In this document: one piece after another, positions 26,388 to 38,256 of the stretch
Layout: each line of letters starts with the position of its first letter
Position numbering within the stretch: the first letter of the stretch is position 1
Assembly (NCBI RefSeq): GCF_018350175.1
Contig: NC_058373.1
Coordinates: forward strand, 109,494,001 to 109,558,000
Source of the DNA: Felis catus
Lineage: Eukaryota
Length of the DNA stretch: 64,000 nucleotides
Direction: 5' to 3'
Notes under the pieces: model-generated
Told to the model about the DNA's origin: nothing
Seen by the model: the letters and a program-made list of their open reading frames with translations, nothing else
The model's database searches: none
Program-made: the position numbers and the translations under genes

Positions 26388-27036
26388 AACACAGTGAGAT
26401 TGTAAAGCAACTAAAATATTTAATTGAATTATGAAAACTAATCCCAACATACAGGCTATTTTCAAAGTAGTTCTACCTCTGAAAAGATTAATGCTCATTC
26501 CTTAGGTAGACCTTTGGAAATTCCTCTTTAGGATATGCCTTCCAAGTCTGCATCAACATTCCTTAAAATATCCTCATAGGAGACAAATCTTTATCCCCGT
26601 GAGGGTGAAGACAAAGATGTATTCAGAGCCAGGAAATAGACTATTAAGAAATGAGTAATATAATTTGGGATCAAATGAGGCATCACTGCAAGGTAATAAG
26701 ACTGATCAATCATTGTAATATCCTGTAAGTGGGATCTAAAAATAAGTAGGAAATTTCAAAAATGCCTGAAACAACCACAGAATTATTAGAGTGAGTCTAG
26801 CCCCCGGGGGAATTGCTTTTGGAGAAGAAAGCACATGGAAAACCTGATGTTGACATTTACAAAGAAATCCCTTTATTTTTTCGATGTAATATGGGCATGT
26901 GTATGTATGCACCTCCTTAAAGAAAAGTCAGTCGGCAACTTCATAGATGTAAAGTGGTGGTGGGGAGAATCTCTACCATATCACGTTTGAAATATCTACT
27001 TAGCCTGAAAAAATAAGTAAGTTTATCATGCGTGGG

Positions 27037-27080
27037 TTTTTTTTTGTTTTGTTTGTTTGTTTGTTTGTTTGTTTGTTTTG
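27037..27080 (+). repeat. T-run plus (GTTT)n forming the RHOJ exon 4 polypyrimidine tract
   Basis: Seen directly. Confidence 0.92.
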
Positions 27081-27084
27081 CCAG

Positions 27085-27180
27085 ATTGATCTCCGCGATG
27101 ACCCCAAAACCTTGGCCCGTTTGCTGTATATGAAAGAGAAACCTCTCACTTACGAGCACGGTGTGAAGCTTGCGAAAGCG
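27085..27180 (+). CDS. RHOJ: RHOJ coding exon 4, 96 bp: [32 protein letters not shown]
   Basis: ccag acceptor and GCG|gtacag donor; completes G4 (TQ/IDLR) and the Rho insert helix. Confidence 0.97.
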
Positions 27181-28019
27181 GTACAGTCAGATTTGGATTT
27201 AATTTGAAATATATGCTGACGGAAGAATTTGGTGCATGGTTTGGAATGAGTGAGCTACGTGGACTTTTGCTTTAAAGTGCAGTGTGTTCAAGGATCCTCT
27301 GTCTGCTTCATACTGTCCCCTCTGTTCTAGTGACACTGGAAGGGACCATTTGGTTGGCGTCTTCCCAGCCACCATTGTCTGTTTTTCTTTTAGAAAAAAA
27401 CAGTGAATTTCAACTCCTGAAGCACTTGTCATTTGATTTAGCAACATTTAGAATATCCAGTTCTGTATTTAGTGTGAATAAAGGGACTCATCTCACTACT
27501 TATTATCAATGTAATTTATTTAAATGACCCCATAAAAGGTATTTAGTGATTTTCTTGGGGAAAACTTAGATTAGCATCTGGCAGAGTTATATTTGTTCAG
27601 TATTTCTCACCATATAATGAAAAGCCACTTAGAGCGGCCGGATTATCTCACAAACAGCATCTAGAGCACTCACGTGGACCAGAAAGAAGATAACTAGTTG
27701 GAGAATCCAAGTGGCTAAGGACAGATAATAGCAACTAACTCACAGCTGAAACTGTCATCACAGACCTTTCTGCATTCTTGAGAGCTTAACACGAATGGTG
27801 ATTTTGATGGGGAATTTTTTTAGACCAAATCTTTGTCTCCCAATGACCACCAAGATGTGTGCAAAAACAGACACTAAAATGGACACTAGAGGAGGTGTTT
27901 TATGCAAGAGGAGGCTTTTAAATCATATTTCCATAACCTGAGTCACTTCCTCATTGATAGAGTCGCAAACCCATAGACCCAGACTAGAAGTTTCAGAAAT
28001 TGCTTCTACTTTCTTTTTT

Positions 28020-28239
28020 TTTAAACCAGTATTATTTTTTGTTTGTTTCTTTCATTTGTTTCTGAGAGAGAGCAAAAGCGCAAGCAGGGGAGGGAGAGAG
28101 AGAGAGGAGACGGCAAGAATCCAAAGCAGGCTCCGCACTGTGAGCCCAGAGCCCAGCATCAGGCTCGATTCACAAACTGTGAGATCATGACCTGAGCCGA
28201 AGGTCGGACTCTTACCCGACTGAGCCACCCAGGTGCCCC
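28020..28239 (-). mobile_element. Can-SINE
   Basis: Reverse SINE ending aggtgcccc. Confidence 0.88.
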
Positions 28240-28323
28240 TCTTTTACTTCCTAAAGTAACTAACCCTGCAAAACTGCGTGCCCTGGGCAGAATAGGAGTC
28301 ACCCTTTTAAACTGGCCAAGAAT

Positions 28324-28546
28324 GGGGCGCCTGGGTGGCACAGTCGGTTAAGCGTCCGACTTCAGCCAGGTCACGATCTCGCGGTCCGTGAGTTCGAGCC
28401 CCGCGTCAGGCTCTGGGCTGATGGCTCGGAGCCTGGAGCCTGTTTCCGATTCTGTGTCTCCCTCTCTCTCTGCCCCTCTCCCGTTCATGCTCTGTCTCTC
28501 TCTGTCCCAAAAATAAACATTGAAAAAAAAATTAAAAAAAATAATA
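28324..28546 (+). mobile_element. Can-SINE (SINEC_Fc), young
   Basis: TSD taaactggccaagaa. Confidence 0.95.
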
Positions 28547-29544
28547 AACTGGCCAAGAAAAATATTATGTACAAATTCTTCATAAATAAAAATGTGTGTG
28601 TTTCTCTTCTGGGAATTTTCTTATAGGCACCAAAACTAAGGGATACACTCGAATAGAAATGAACTAAGTAGAATTGTGTTTATATGGACACAATACATGA
28701 GGATATTTCACAAGTACTTGAGACAACACTTCCTACTTCTGTGAATGTCATTTTACAACTACTAGTATGAGCCATTCATCGAGTTCTTGGGATACTAAGC
28801 CCTTTACAGGCTCTGTCTCATTTCAGCCTCATGGTAACCCGCTGAAGCAGACAGTGTTTGTCTCATCATACAGGCAAGGAAACAGAGTCTTAGGGAGATG
28901 AAAATGTTGGATTCACACAGCTGATAATGACACAAGCAACTCTAATCCAGATCTGTGGATGTCACCGCTGTGTACCTGACCATGATGTAAACTGTCTCCT
29001 CCAACCATTTATCTTGCCTTCTGTAAAATGGGTGCGTGTCTGGAGGTTCTTCTACCTATTCCTCAAACATTCAGCTTAACTTCTCTCACTAAAGGTACAT
29101 AAACCTCAAGCCACGAAAACAATCGTATGTGATTCCCAGCTATCCGTTTTTCACGAGCAGGTCCCAGAGGCTCAGCACCAGCTTTCTGCATGAACTTGGT
29201 TTCCGCTTCCCCTGCTTCCGTCCTATCTCCACCATCATGTTGTCAGTGTCCTAGCCTGACTTCTCATTTAGGAAATTGTTTCTCCCTCTGAAAAGAAGTC
29301 ACTCCAAAGCCTCCCATCTCGTCTCGTACTTATTTTAGGAACAATGGCTGAGTTCACCACTTTAGTGCCTTTTGCCAGTTTCTCCTAGCAACTGCTCTCA
29401 GATACGGAGAGAATCGTGTTTAGCTTATGAAACCCAATTTAGAAGAAATCCAAGCAAGAGTTTAACTTGTTTCATCACAATTCATGTAATTATAGAGATG
29501 CTTTAAGTCTCTCTGCTCCCTGACTTTCCTGTCAAGTAGTTGAT

Positions 29545-29740
29545 AATAACAGCTAGCATTTACGGAGTGTTTGCAGTGTGCCAGGCTTTCTGCCAAGCGC
29601 TTCACATGCCATGTCTTAATTAATTCTCACAGCAACCCCCCGAGGTGTGTCTATTATTATTTCCACTTTCCTAGAGGAAACTGAGGCTCAGAGAGGCTGA
29701 GGTCACACCGCTAGAAAGCAGCAGAGCTGGGGTATGACGC
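29545..29740. mobile_element. MIR
   Basis: aataacagctagcattta...gaggaaactgaggctcagagagg. Confidence 0.7.
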
Positions 29741-30516
29741 TGCTTTAACCCACATGTTCCCCTGCTCCCTCCTGTAGTCTGTAAAGAAACCTGGAGTCTT
29801 GGGGCTTCTTTTCTATACACTGAAGCCCTGTACTTTAATGTGCATCTTCTCCCCGTAGTTCAAGTGCTTTGCAAGTTCAGGTCTTTCATATTCAATTCCT
29901 TTGGGTCAGTACCTTTCCATTTCCAGAGCATTTTTCTTCTATCATCTCTCTTTGGCCGCAAAGAGCGTTTTATTTTCAAAGGCCACTTTCATACCATACA
30001 TAGTTACCATTCTTTACACTTGTCAAAAGTCTACCACATTTACATAAATATTTTTGCATCCATTGGTAATAAATATTCATCGTTACGCCTCTGCTTGTTT
30101 TATCCTCCCTCTCCTTGTCATTATTGCATTTGTTCATCCCCAGCCAGCTTCCTCATGGGCGCATGTCCACACTACTACTGGCCGCACTTGTCAATAACTC
30201 ACTGAACACCTCACATGCGCCAGCCACCCTGCTGCACTGGAGCTCTAAGATTATAATTCACTGGGCATTCGCTTTCCCAATTCCATCTGATTCAACCTGA
30301 CCATGATTTTCTAAGTTCAGACTTCCTAAGGTATGTCTTGACAAAACGCTTTGCCATTTTCCCTTTTTTCAGCCTTTGGCCTCTTTTTTGCCTTCTTCTG
30401 CTATCTTCTTCACCCCGCGCCTTCCTTATGATTGTTCTCACTCTTTGTCTTTGTACCCGTTTCCTGCTGGCTTTGTAACATGTATGCACCAGTGGGTTTA
30501 AAGCGGCAAAATTGCT

Positions 30517-30770
30517 GGGGTGCCTGGATGGCTCAGTCGGTTAAGCATCCGACTCTGGCTCAAGGTCATGATCCTGAGGTCAGTGATTTCGAGCCCCATG
30601 TCAGGCTCTGTGCTGAGCCTGGAGCCTGCTTCAGATCCTGTGTCTCCCTCTCTCTCTGCCTCTCCCCCGCTCATACTCTGTCTCTGTCTTTGTCTCTCTC
30701 TCTCTCTCAAAAATAAATAAACATTAAAAATAAATAAAAAATAAATAAACATTAAAAATTTTTTTTAAAG
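30517..30770 (+). mobile_element. Can-SINE
   Basis: Full body with duplicated A-rich tail. Confidence 0.9.
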
Positions 30771-30815
30771 CAACCAAATCACTGTAGAAATCCTGGAATC
30801 AATGTTTAGTCATCT

Positions 30816-31027
30816 TTAAAAAAAAAAGTCTATGTACTTTACAGACAGAGACAAGCAGAGAGTGAGTTGGGGAGGGGCAGAGAGAAAGGGAGACACAGAA
30901 TCTGAAGCAGTTTCCAGTCTCCAAGCTGTCAGCACAGAGCCCGATGTGAGGCTTGAACTCACAAACTGTGAGATCATGGCCTGAGCTGAAGTCAGAAGCT
31001 TAACCGACTGAGCCACCCAGGCGCCCC
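30816..31027 (-). mobile_element. Can-SINE
   Basis: TSD-like aatgtt(t/c)agtc(a/g)tctt. Confidence 0.9.
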
Positions 31028-31277
31028 AATGTTCAGTCGTCTTAATCAACTGGAGTCTTGCATTCCTGCCTACAGACTGCAAAAGTCACTATTACCCTCC
31101 TTGTTTTGTGTGCTGGCCGTTTCTTCCTTCTCTCACGGTCTTTGAAAATTGGTCACTCCATGACTGGGCTCTGGGTCACAGAAATGAAGGAGAGACAGCT
31201 CCTTGCCTCAAGGGGCCCTTAGGCCAGAAGAAGAGGGTGACTGCAGTCAACGGCATGTCACCTGAATGAATACTTTT

Positions 31278-31494
31278 AATTTTTTTTTTTTAACGTTTAT
31301 TTATTTTTGAGACAGAGAGAGACAGAGCATGAACAGGGGAGGGTCACAGAGAGAGGGAGACACAGAATCCGAAACAGGCTCCAGGCTCTGAGCCGTCAGC
31401 ACAGAGCCCGACGCGGGGCTCAAACTCACGGACCGTGAGATCATGACCTGAGCCGAAGTCGGACGCTTAACTGACTGAGCCACGCAGGCGCCCC
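31278..31494 (-). mobile_element. Can-SINE (SINEC_Fc)
   Basis: TSD gaatactttta. Confidence 0.93.
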
Positions 31495-31716
31495 AAGAAT
31501 ACTTTTAGTACTGAGGTAGCAGAGAGTGGGGAGTGATGGACACATTCGGGGAAGGAGGACTCAGAGACAATTTCTTGAAGCAATTGACATCTGAGCCAAG
31601 TATGAGGGATAAAGGCAAGTTTATCAGGGGGACAAACTTAGGGACGAGGGAGGAAAAACTTCCAAATAGAGAAATTAGTACCTGCAAAAGGCGTCCTTTA
31701 AAGCATAGGGAGTACA

Positions 31717-31936
31717 GGGGCACCTGGATGGCTCAGTCAGTTAAGCATCCAACTCTTGATTTCAGCTCAGGTCATGATCTCACTGTTCATGGGATCAAGC
31801 CCTGCCTTAGACTCTGCACTGGAAGCATGGAGCCTGCTTGGGATTCTCTCTCTCCCTGTCTCTCTGTCCCTCCCATGCTCGTTCTCTCGCTCTGTCTCTC
31901 TCTCTCTCTCAATATAAATAAATAATTTTTTTTTAA
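31717..31936 (+). mobile_element. Older Can-SINE
   Basis: TSD aaagcataggga. Confidence 0.9.
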
Positions 31937-32016
31937 AAAGCATAGGGACTACATTGGCAAGTGATGAACCAAATGTCACCCACAAATGCTTTGATCAGTC
32001 CACATGTGTAGTTTTT

Positions 32017-32650
32017 TTTATTTTATTTTTTATTTTATTTTTAATTTATATCCAAATTAGTTAGCATCTAGTGCAACAATGATTTCAGGAGTAGATTCCT
32101 TAATGCCCCTTACCCATTTAGCCCATCCCACCTCCCACAACCCCTCCCGTAACCCTCAGTTTGTTCTCCATATTTATGAGTCTCTTCTGTTTTGTCCCCC
32201 TCCCTGTTTTTAGATTATTTTTGTTTCCCTTCCCTTATGTTCATCTGTTTTGTCTCTTAAAGTCCTCATACGAGTGAAGTCATATGATTTTTGTCTTTCT
32301 CTAACTAATTTCACTTAGCATAATACCCTCCAGTTCCATCCACGTAGTTGCAAATGGCAAAATCTAATTCTTTTTGATTGCCGAGTAATACTCCATTGTG
32401 TGTATATATACCCCATCTTCTTTACCCATTCATCCATCGATGGACATTTGGGCTCTTTCCATACTTTGGCTATTGTCGATGGTGCTGCTATAAACATTGG
32501 GGTGTATGTGCCCCTTAGAAACAGCATACCTGTATCCCTTGGGTAAATACCTACTAGTGCAATTGCTGGGTCATAGGGTAGTTCTATTTCTAGTTTTTTG
32601 AGGAACCTCCATACTGTTTTCCAGAGTGGCTGCACCAGCTTGCATTCCCA
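32017..32650 (-). mobile_element. 5'-truncated carnivore/felid L1, copy B
   Basis: WECKLVQPLWKTVWRFLKKLEIELPYDPAI; TSD cacatgtgt(a)gttttt at 32001 / 32651. Confidence 0.93.
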
Positions 32651-32737
32651 CACATGTGTGTTTTTAATGTGATTTAGTGGGCAACACTGAACAATGGACA
32701 CTTTACATAAAGATACACATTTCTGACTTCTTAAACA

Positions 32738-32770
<33 letters not shown>

Positions 32771-32957
32771 CCCAAAAGCTCTGGCAACACAAGGCTAGCA
32801 TTTCCTCATCAACTGCAACGTTTAAAGTCTTTCAGACAAGGGATGTATCCTTCAGTTTTTCACAATCCCCACCCCTCCATACTAACCTTCACTGAAGTGG
32901 TGCACTACATTATCTATCCACCCTTGACTTGGCAATCTCTGCCTTACAGTCTTTTAT

Positions 32958-33184
32958 TTTTTTTTTTTAAATTTTTTTTTTCAACGTTTATTTATTTTTG
33001 GGACAGAGAGAGACAGAGCATGAACGGGGGAGGGGCAGAGAGAGAGGGAGACACAGAATCGGAAACAGGCTCCAGGCTCCTAGCCATCAGCCCAGAGCCT
33101 GACGCGGGGCTCGAACTCACGGACCGCGAGATCGTGACCTGGCTGAAGTCAGACGCTTAACCGACTGCGCCACCCAGGCGCCCC
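32958..33184 (-). mobile_element. Can-SINE (SINEC_Fc), young, nested at the tail of the next SINE
   Basis: TSD agtcttttattt-like. Confidence 0.93.
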
Positions 33185-33194
33185 AGTCTTTTAT

Positions 33195-33418
33195 TTAAAA
33201 AAAAAAAATTTTTTTTAACTTTTATTTATTTTTGAGACAGAGAGAGACAGAGCATGAACAGGGGAGGGGCAGAGAGAGAGGGAGACGCAGAATCTGAAAC
33301 AGGCTCCAGGCTCTGAGCTGTCAGCACAGAGCCCGACGCGGGGCTCGAACTCACGGACCGTGAGATCATGACCTGAGCCGAAGTCGGACGCTTAACCGAC
33401 CGAGCCACCCAGGCGCCC
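33195..33418 (-). mobile_element. Can-SINE (SINEC_Fc)
   Basis: TSD tgccttacagtctttt at 32940 / 33419. Confidence 0.93.
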
Positions 33419-33794
33419 TGCCTTACAGTCTTTTAAAAAAGTCAGCTGCAAATCCATTCAGCCTAGAAACATTTTGCCTCTTTCAGCAACTTGTTACGAT
33501 AAAATTTCTCTCACAAGTCACTAGGTTCCTTTTTTTTTTTCTTGGCTTTCGTGTTGCCTGTACCTCTCCTAATTCTTAAGAAATAGAGAACTTCTCTGTT
33601 ATTAGCTGGTTCTTCAGATACCACCTTACTGTATTTATTCCATTAGTATTTGCTCCCCTCTCCATTTAGAGGGAAATGGCTTACTTTTTCTTTCTTTCCT
33701 CTCTTATCACCTTCGCTGCCTCCAAAACAACGTCTCTTTTGTTCATTAGTTTTACTCTTTCGGACACATTTCTTTTTTTTTTGCTAGCGTCATC

Positions 33795-34005
33795 CCCACA
33801 GAGTGTTAAGACTCTGGGTCAGGGGACAGATTCATACCTCTGACACTTCTTCAGTTGCATGACCTTACGGAAGTAACTTATCGTCTCTAGCATCACTTTT
33901 CTGAACTGCAAACGAGGTGACAGACCTACCTTGCGAAGTTCTTACAACGATTTAGTGACCCAGTGACACCTGAGGTTTGCTCAGGAAACTCTAATTGTTG
34001 TTAAA
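33795..34005. mobile_element. MIR (opposite orientation to the copies above)
   Basis: gactctgggtcag...catgacctt...aagtaactta. Confidence 0.55.
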
Positions 34006-34624
34006 TTTGTGTGCCTCTCAGGTGCGTCTACAGCCGGGAAGACTTCATGGTCTTTACTCCTTCAGGGTATGCTCTATCTTACTCTGTAACATGTCCCACC
34101 TCCACAAAGACAACCTGGAAGAAGTAGTTGGTTTTCTTTCACTTGATTGGTCACCGTGGGTTTTGTTTGTCTGTTGGTTTGTTTAATTTCTTCTTGTCGG
34201 ACTCTTGTATGTTTCTGTGCACGTCTGATAAATTTCCCAGCCTTGGGATGATAAATTTGAGCTATTATAAAGCTATTAGGAAAGTGTTCTCTCAGTTTAC
34301 ATTCCTCAGTCTCTATTTTTTTTCTGGAAAATAAATCGTTTTGGCAAAGCACGTCACAGATAACGTGGATCTAAACAAGGATCCACAAATCCTGCGTTCT
34401 TACAGATTGTTCTAAATATTTGGCTGTGTAGGTCACTTTGTTCCAAGGGGTAGATGAAACTATAAGGGAAGTCATGCTTCTTTGGGACAGTTTTCCATTT
34501 CACATTGTTGCGGTCATAAATGAGGTGGTTTCTTTTTAGCAATTTCTCTAACATGGCTGTACCTTCTTCTGCAAATTCTTTGACCCTCAGACCACTGATA
34601 CATGGTTAACAAAAACTCACCTCT

Positions 34625-34831
34625 TTTTTCTTTAAGTTTATTCATTTATTTGAGAGAGAGAGACACCGTGAGCTGGGGAGAAGCAGAGAGAGAGGAGAGA
34701 GAATCCCAAGCAAACTCCGTGCTGCCACCGCAGAACCGGACATGGGGCTCAAACCCACGAAACTATGAGATCATGACCTGAACTGAAACCAAGAGTCGGA
34801 CACTGAACTTACTGAGCCACCCAGGCGCCCC
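34625..34831 (-). mobile_element. Older Can-SINE
   Basis: TSD-like actcacctctt. Confidence 0.88.
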
Positions 34832-35964
34832 ACGAAACACTCACCTCTTACCTGAGTTCTGTTTCTCACACATTCTTCCCAAATCACACCCTGTTTGCTA
34901 CTTTTCCTGGGACTATCAGTCCAAAACCATGTTGTATTAACACGGCTACCCAATAATGTCTTGATCTACTGTTTCACTATCTTCCAAAATATCTTTTTAT
35001 CTGAACTAGGACAGACAAGTGTGGGCTCTTCCTCCACCTTCAAAAGGCAAGCCCTGCCATGCTGTCAGCTGCGCTCTGGGAGGTGAGGGAGGGGGATGGA
35101 ATGCCCCTGCCCATCTTGCAGGATCAGAGGGCCCAGAACCCCATGTGTGAGCTGAGCCCAGGTCTCCCACGATTTCCAGGATCAAGTGAGGCTCGTGATC
35201 TTAGCGGGGAGGTATTCCAGGTAGGACGGCCCCACAGCACGCTCTGCGTATTTTTTCAGGATGACAGAGAAGGACTAGCACGTTGCAAGCAGCCATTCAG
35301 TTGACATCTTCACTAGAGTAAGGTGCATTTCACATGTTCATATCAAGCACTGGCCACAATCCCAAAATGTAAGATATTTCATGACATTATTAAGAAAATG
35401 TTCTCTACTTTTCATCCCTCTTTTGCATCTAACTAGTTTTAATGATTCCAAAAGCCATTCTTTAATCCAAAGGGCAAACCTTAAAATGAACCCACAAAAT
35501 AGGTTTTTAATAGCCAACATCTTTTCTTTGGGTATTTTCCTTTAGCTCATACAGTATCTATTCTTTATAGGGGGAAAAAAGTGCATTATATCCGGACACA
35601 GCCAGAAAAACTTTACTTCATGTGTGGTTTTCATGTATGTGGGCTAATCGTCTACTTGAGCAACTTCCTGCAGAGTTGAGGGATAAGGATGATCATCGCG
35701 GAACAAAGAAAAGAACACACACCAAGAGACCCAGATTCTAGTCCAGTTCTTCCGCTTTCTGGCTGGGTGCCCTTAAACAGTTCATTTTACCTTCTGGGGC
35801 TGTTCCCACTCTATCCTAAGCTAAACCACAAATTCCTTTATTCCACAAGTTGCAAGACGACTGGTCGCTGACAAAGAAATCCCACATTCCTGCCTTGGTT
35901 GGCCCACAGAGCATTTTTTAAGTTGGTAATTATTAACTAAAAATCCAAAAGTCCAACTCATCTT

Positions 35965-36182
35965 GGGGCACCTGGGTGGTTCCGTCGGTTAATCGCGCAA
36001 CTTCGACTCAGGTCGCGAACTCACTTTCGTGGGTTCAAGCCCCACGTCGGGCTCTGTGCTGACAGCTCAGAGCCTGGAGCCCGCTTCGGATCCTGTGTCT
36101 CCCTCCCCTCTCTGCCCTTCCCCTGCTCGCACTCTGTCTCTCTATCTCAAAAATAAATAAAGATTAAAAAGAATTTTTTTTC
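35965..36182 (+). mobile_element. Can-SINE inserted in a MER102-like hAT relic (~35860-36400)
   Basis: TSD caaaagtcca(a/t)ctcatctt. Confidence 0.88.
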
Positions 36183-36484
36183 AAAAGTCCATCTCATCTT
36201 GAAAAATACAGAGATGGGCACCAGTGAGTGAACCGTGGCAACAGTGGTCTAAAACTGAGTAAGACTGCCAGCTCTAGAGGGGGTGTGTGCTTCACAGCTC
36301 ACTGCATTCCTCACCTCTCCCTATGGTCTGACACCAGCCCTGCCCCCCTTGTTAACATAAGCTACTGGAATAGGCATGTAATTTTGCTATCCTGATTTAG
36401 TCACGTATCTGCTATGGTTCCCAGGGGCTCACCATCCTCCAACTATCCTCTTCCGCATCTGCTTTCATTCTTCAGTTTTTCTCT

Positions 36485-36675
36485 TTTTTTTTTTTAAGTT
36501 TATTTATTTATTTTGAGAGACAGAGAGAGCAGGCAGGAGAGGGGCAGAGAGGAAGAGGGAGAGAGAGAATCCCAAGCAGTTCTCCGCACTCAGCACGGAG
36601 CCCCATCTGGGGAGATCACGACCTGAACCGATGTCAGGAGTTGGACATTTAACCAACTGAGCCAAGCAGGCCTCC
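36485..36675 (-). mobile_element. Older Can-SINE
   Basis: Reverse SINE body with a deletion. Confidence 0.82.
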
Positions 36676-36957
36676 CTCTGGCGTGCTATTTTTTAAATAA
36701 GAAGCTATAGTTCTGGACTGAATTTCTGTATTTCTCAAAGAGATTTTGTGATTGCCAAATACACCACAGTATGAAATCATCAACAGCTTTGAAATAAAGC
36801 CCTAAGCAAGAACAAAATATTTAATCACTTAAATACACATAGAATGTATACCAACTAGGAGGGTGTCTTTGTCAGTAAATGTATTTTATGCTTTTTATTT
36901 GTACACGTTTTGGGTTTTTCAGCTCCTTAAAGTATGCCTTTAGAGTATGTTAAACCT

Positions 36958-37165
36958 GGGGCTCCTGGGTGGCTCAGTCGGTTGAGCGTCCGACTTCAGC
37001 TTAGGTCGTGATCTCATGGTTTGTGGGTTCGAGCCACGTGTCAGACTCTGTGCTCGCAGCTCAGAGCCTGGAGCCTGCTTCGGATTCTGTGTCTCCCTCT
37101 CTGTCTGGCCCTCCCCGGCTTGTGTTCTGTCTGTCTCTCTCAAAAATAAATAAAAATTTTAAAAA
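36958..37165 (+). mobile_element. Can-SINE
   Basis: TSD gagtatgttaaa. Confidence 0.9.
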
Positions 37166-37759
37166 TGAGTATGTTAAAACCAAATAATAATATCAATTGG
37201 ATATTACCTTGCTGAGAGAGACCTCATCGGCAGTGCGTATTAGTGAAGAATGACCTAGCAAACCTCATCCCCCACTCTTCCTATGTGCTTTACCAACCAA
37301 GCTGACACTGCCTTCTCACATACAGAAGGAGATACATTTCACTTGTACCAGATTTACACATTCTGCATGCATACGAAAGGGTGCTAAAAACAACATCATG
37401 TAGCCCTGTTGTTCACAAAGTATATTTAAACCATATCACTGGCTTTGAATCCTCTCTCAATTTGTACATTTGTTGTATTCTTACATTCGGGATGAGTGGT
37501 CACGGATCACTTTCAGAACTTGCTGCTTACCAAAGGCAATCCATGGCCATTTATTGCTAATACCAGAAAGTAAAAAATACAAAAATTAGAATAGCCGATG
37601 CAAATGGAAATGTAAAAGAGAAAAAAAAAAAAAATCCAACCCAACCCCCGGCCGTCTGTGGGACCAGGAGCGGTAGCACTTGGCAGGGCAGGGGGCTGAA
37701 ACCACTCTGCTGTTCTCTCTCCTTTCCCCCTCACGCGTTTCTCTCTTTTTGTGTTTAAG

Positions 37760-37906
37760 ATCGGAGCGCAGTGCTACCTGGAGTGCTCGGCCCTAACTCA
37801 GAAAGGTCTCAAAGCAGTTTTTGATGAAGCAATCCTCACCATTTTCCACCCCAAGAAAAAGAAGAAACGCTGCTGCGAGTGTCACAGCTGCTGTTCCGTT
37901 CTCTGA
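37760..37906 (+). CDS. RHOJ: RHOJ terminal coding exon 5: [48 protein letters not shown]
   Basis: tttaag acceptor; G5 ECSA motif, polybasic stretch, CAAX box, TGA at 37904-37906. Confidence 0.97.
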   Translation: MGAQCYLECSALTQKGLKAVFDEAILTIFHPKKKKKRCCECHSCCSVL

Positions 37907-38255
37907 GGCTGCTGGGGACCGGCCTCCACCCGCATCCAAGGGTGAGACCAAGCTCAAACCACGAAGGAGGGCACGACCAGAGAGGAAGTCCCTTCGCAAG
38001 CACGAAGGCTTGCCCTTGCACGCCAGGAACACCCGCCCCCCCCCCCACCCGCCCTCCAGGAGCACAGCAGCACACTCGTCAGCCACCTGCCCGTCCTCTC
38101 TACCAGCCAGAAGCATCCAAATCGGAGAATGCAGAGCCCGGATTTCAGCCAGTGCTGCTGCTGACCATGCTGAAAACAAAGACAAAGACCATGTGGCATT
38201 TTGCATCCCACCCCCACCCCCACCCATGAACATGAAGCTGATGGAAAATCATCAC

Positions 38256-38256
<1 letters not shown>

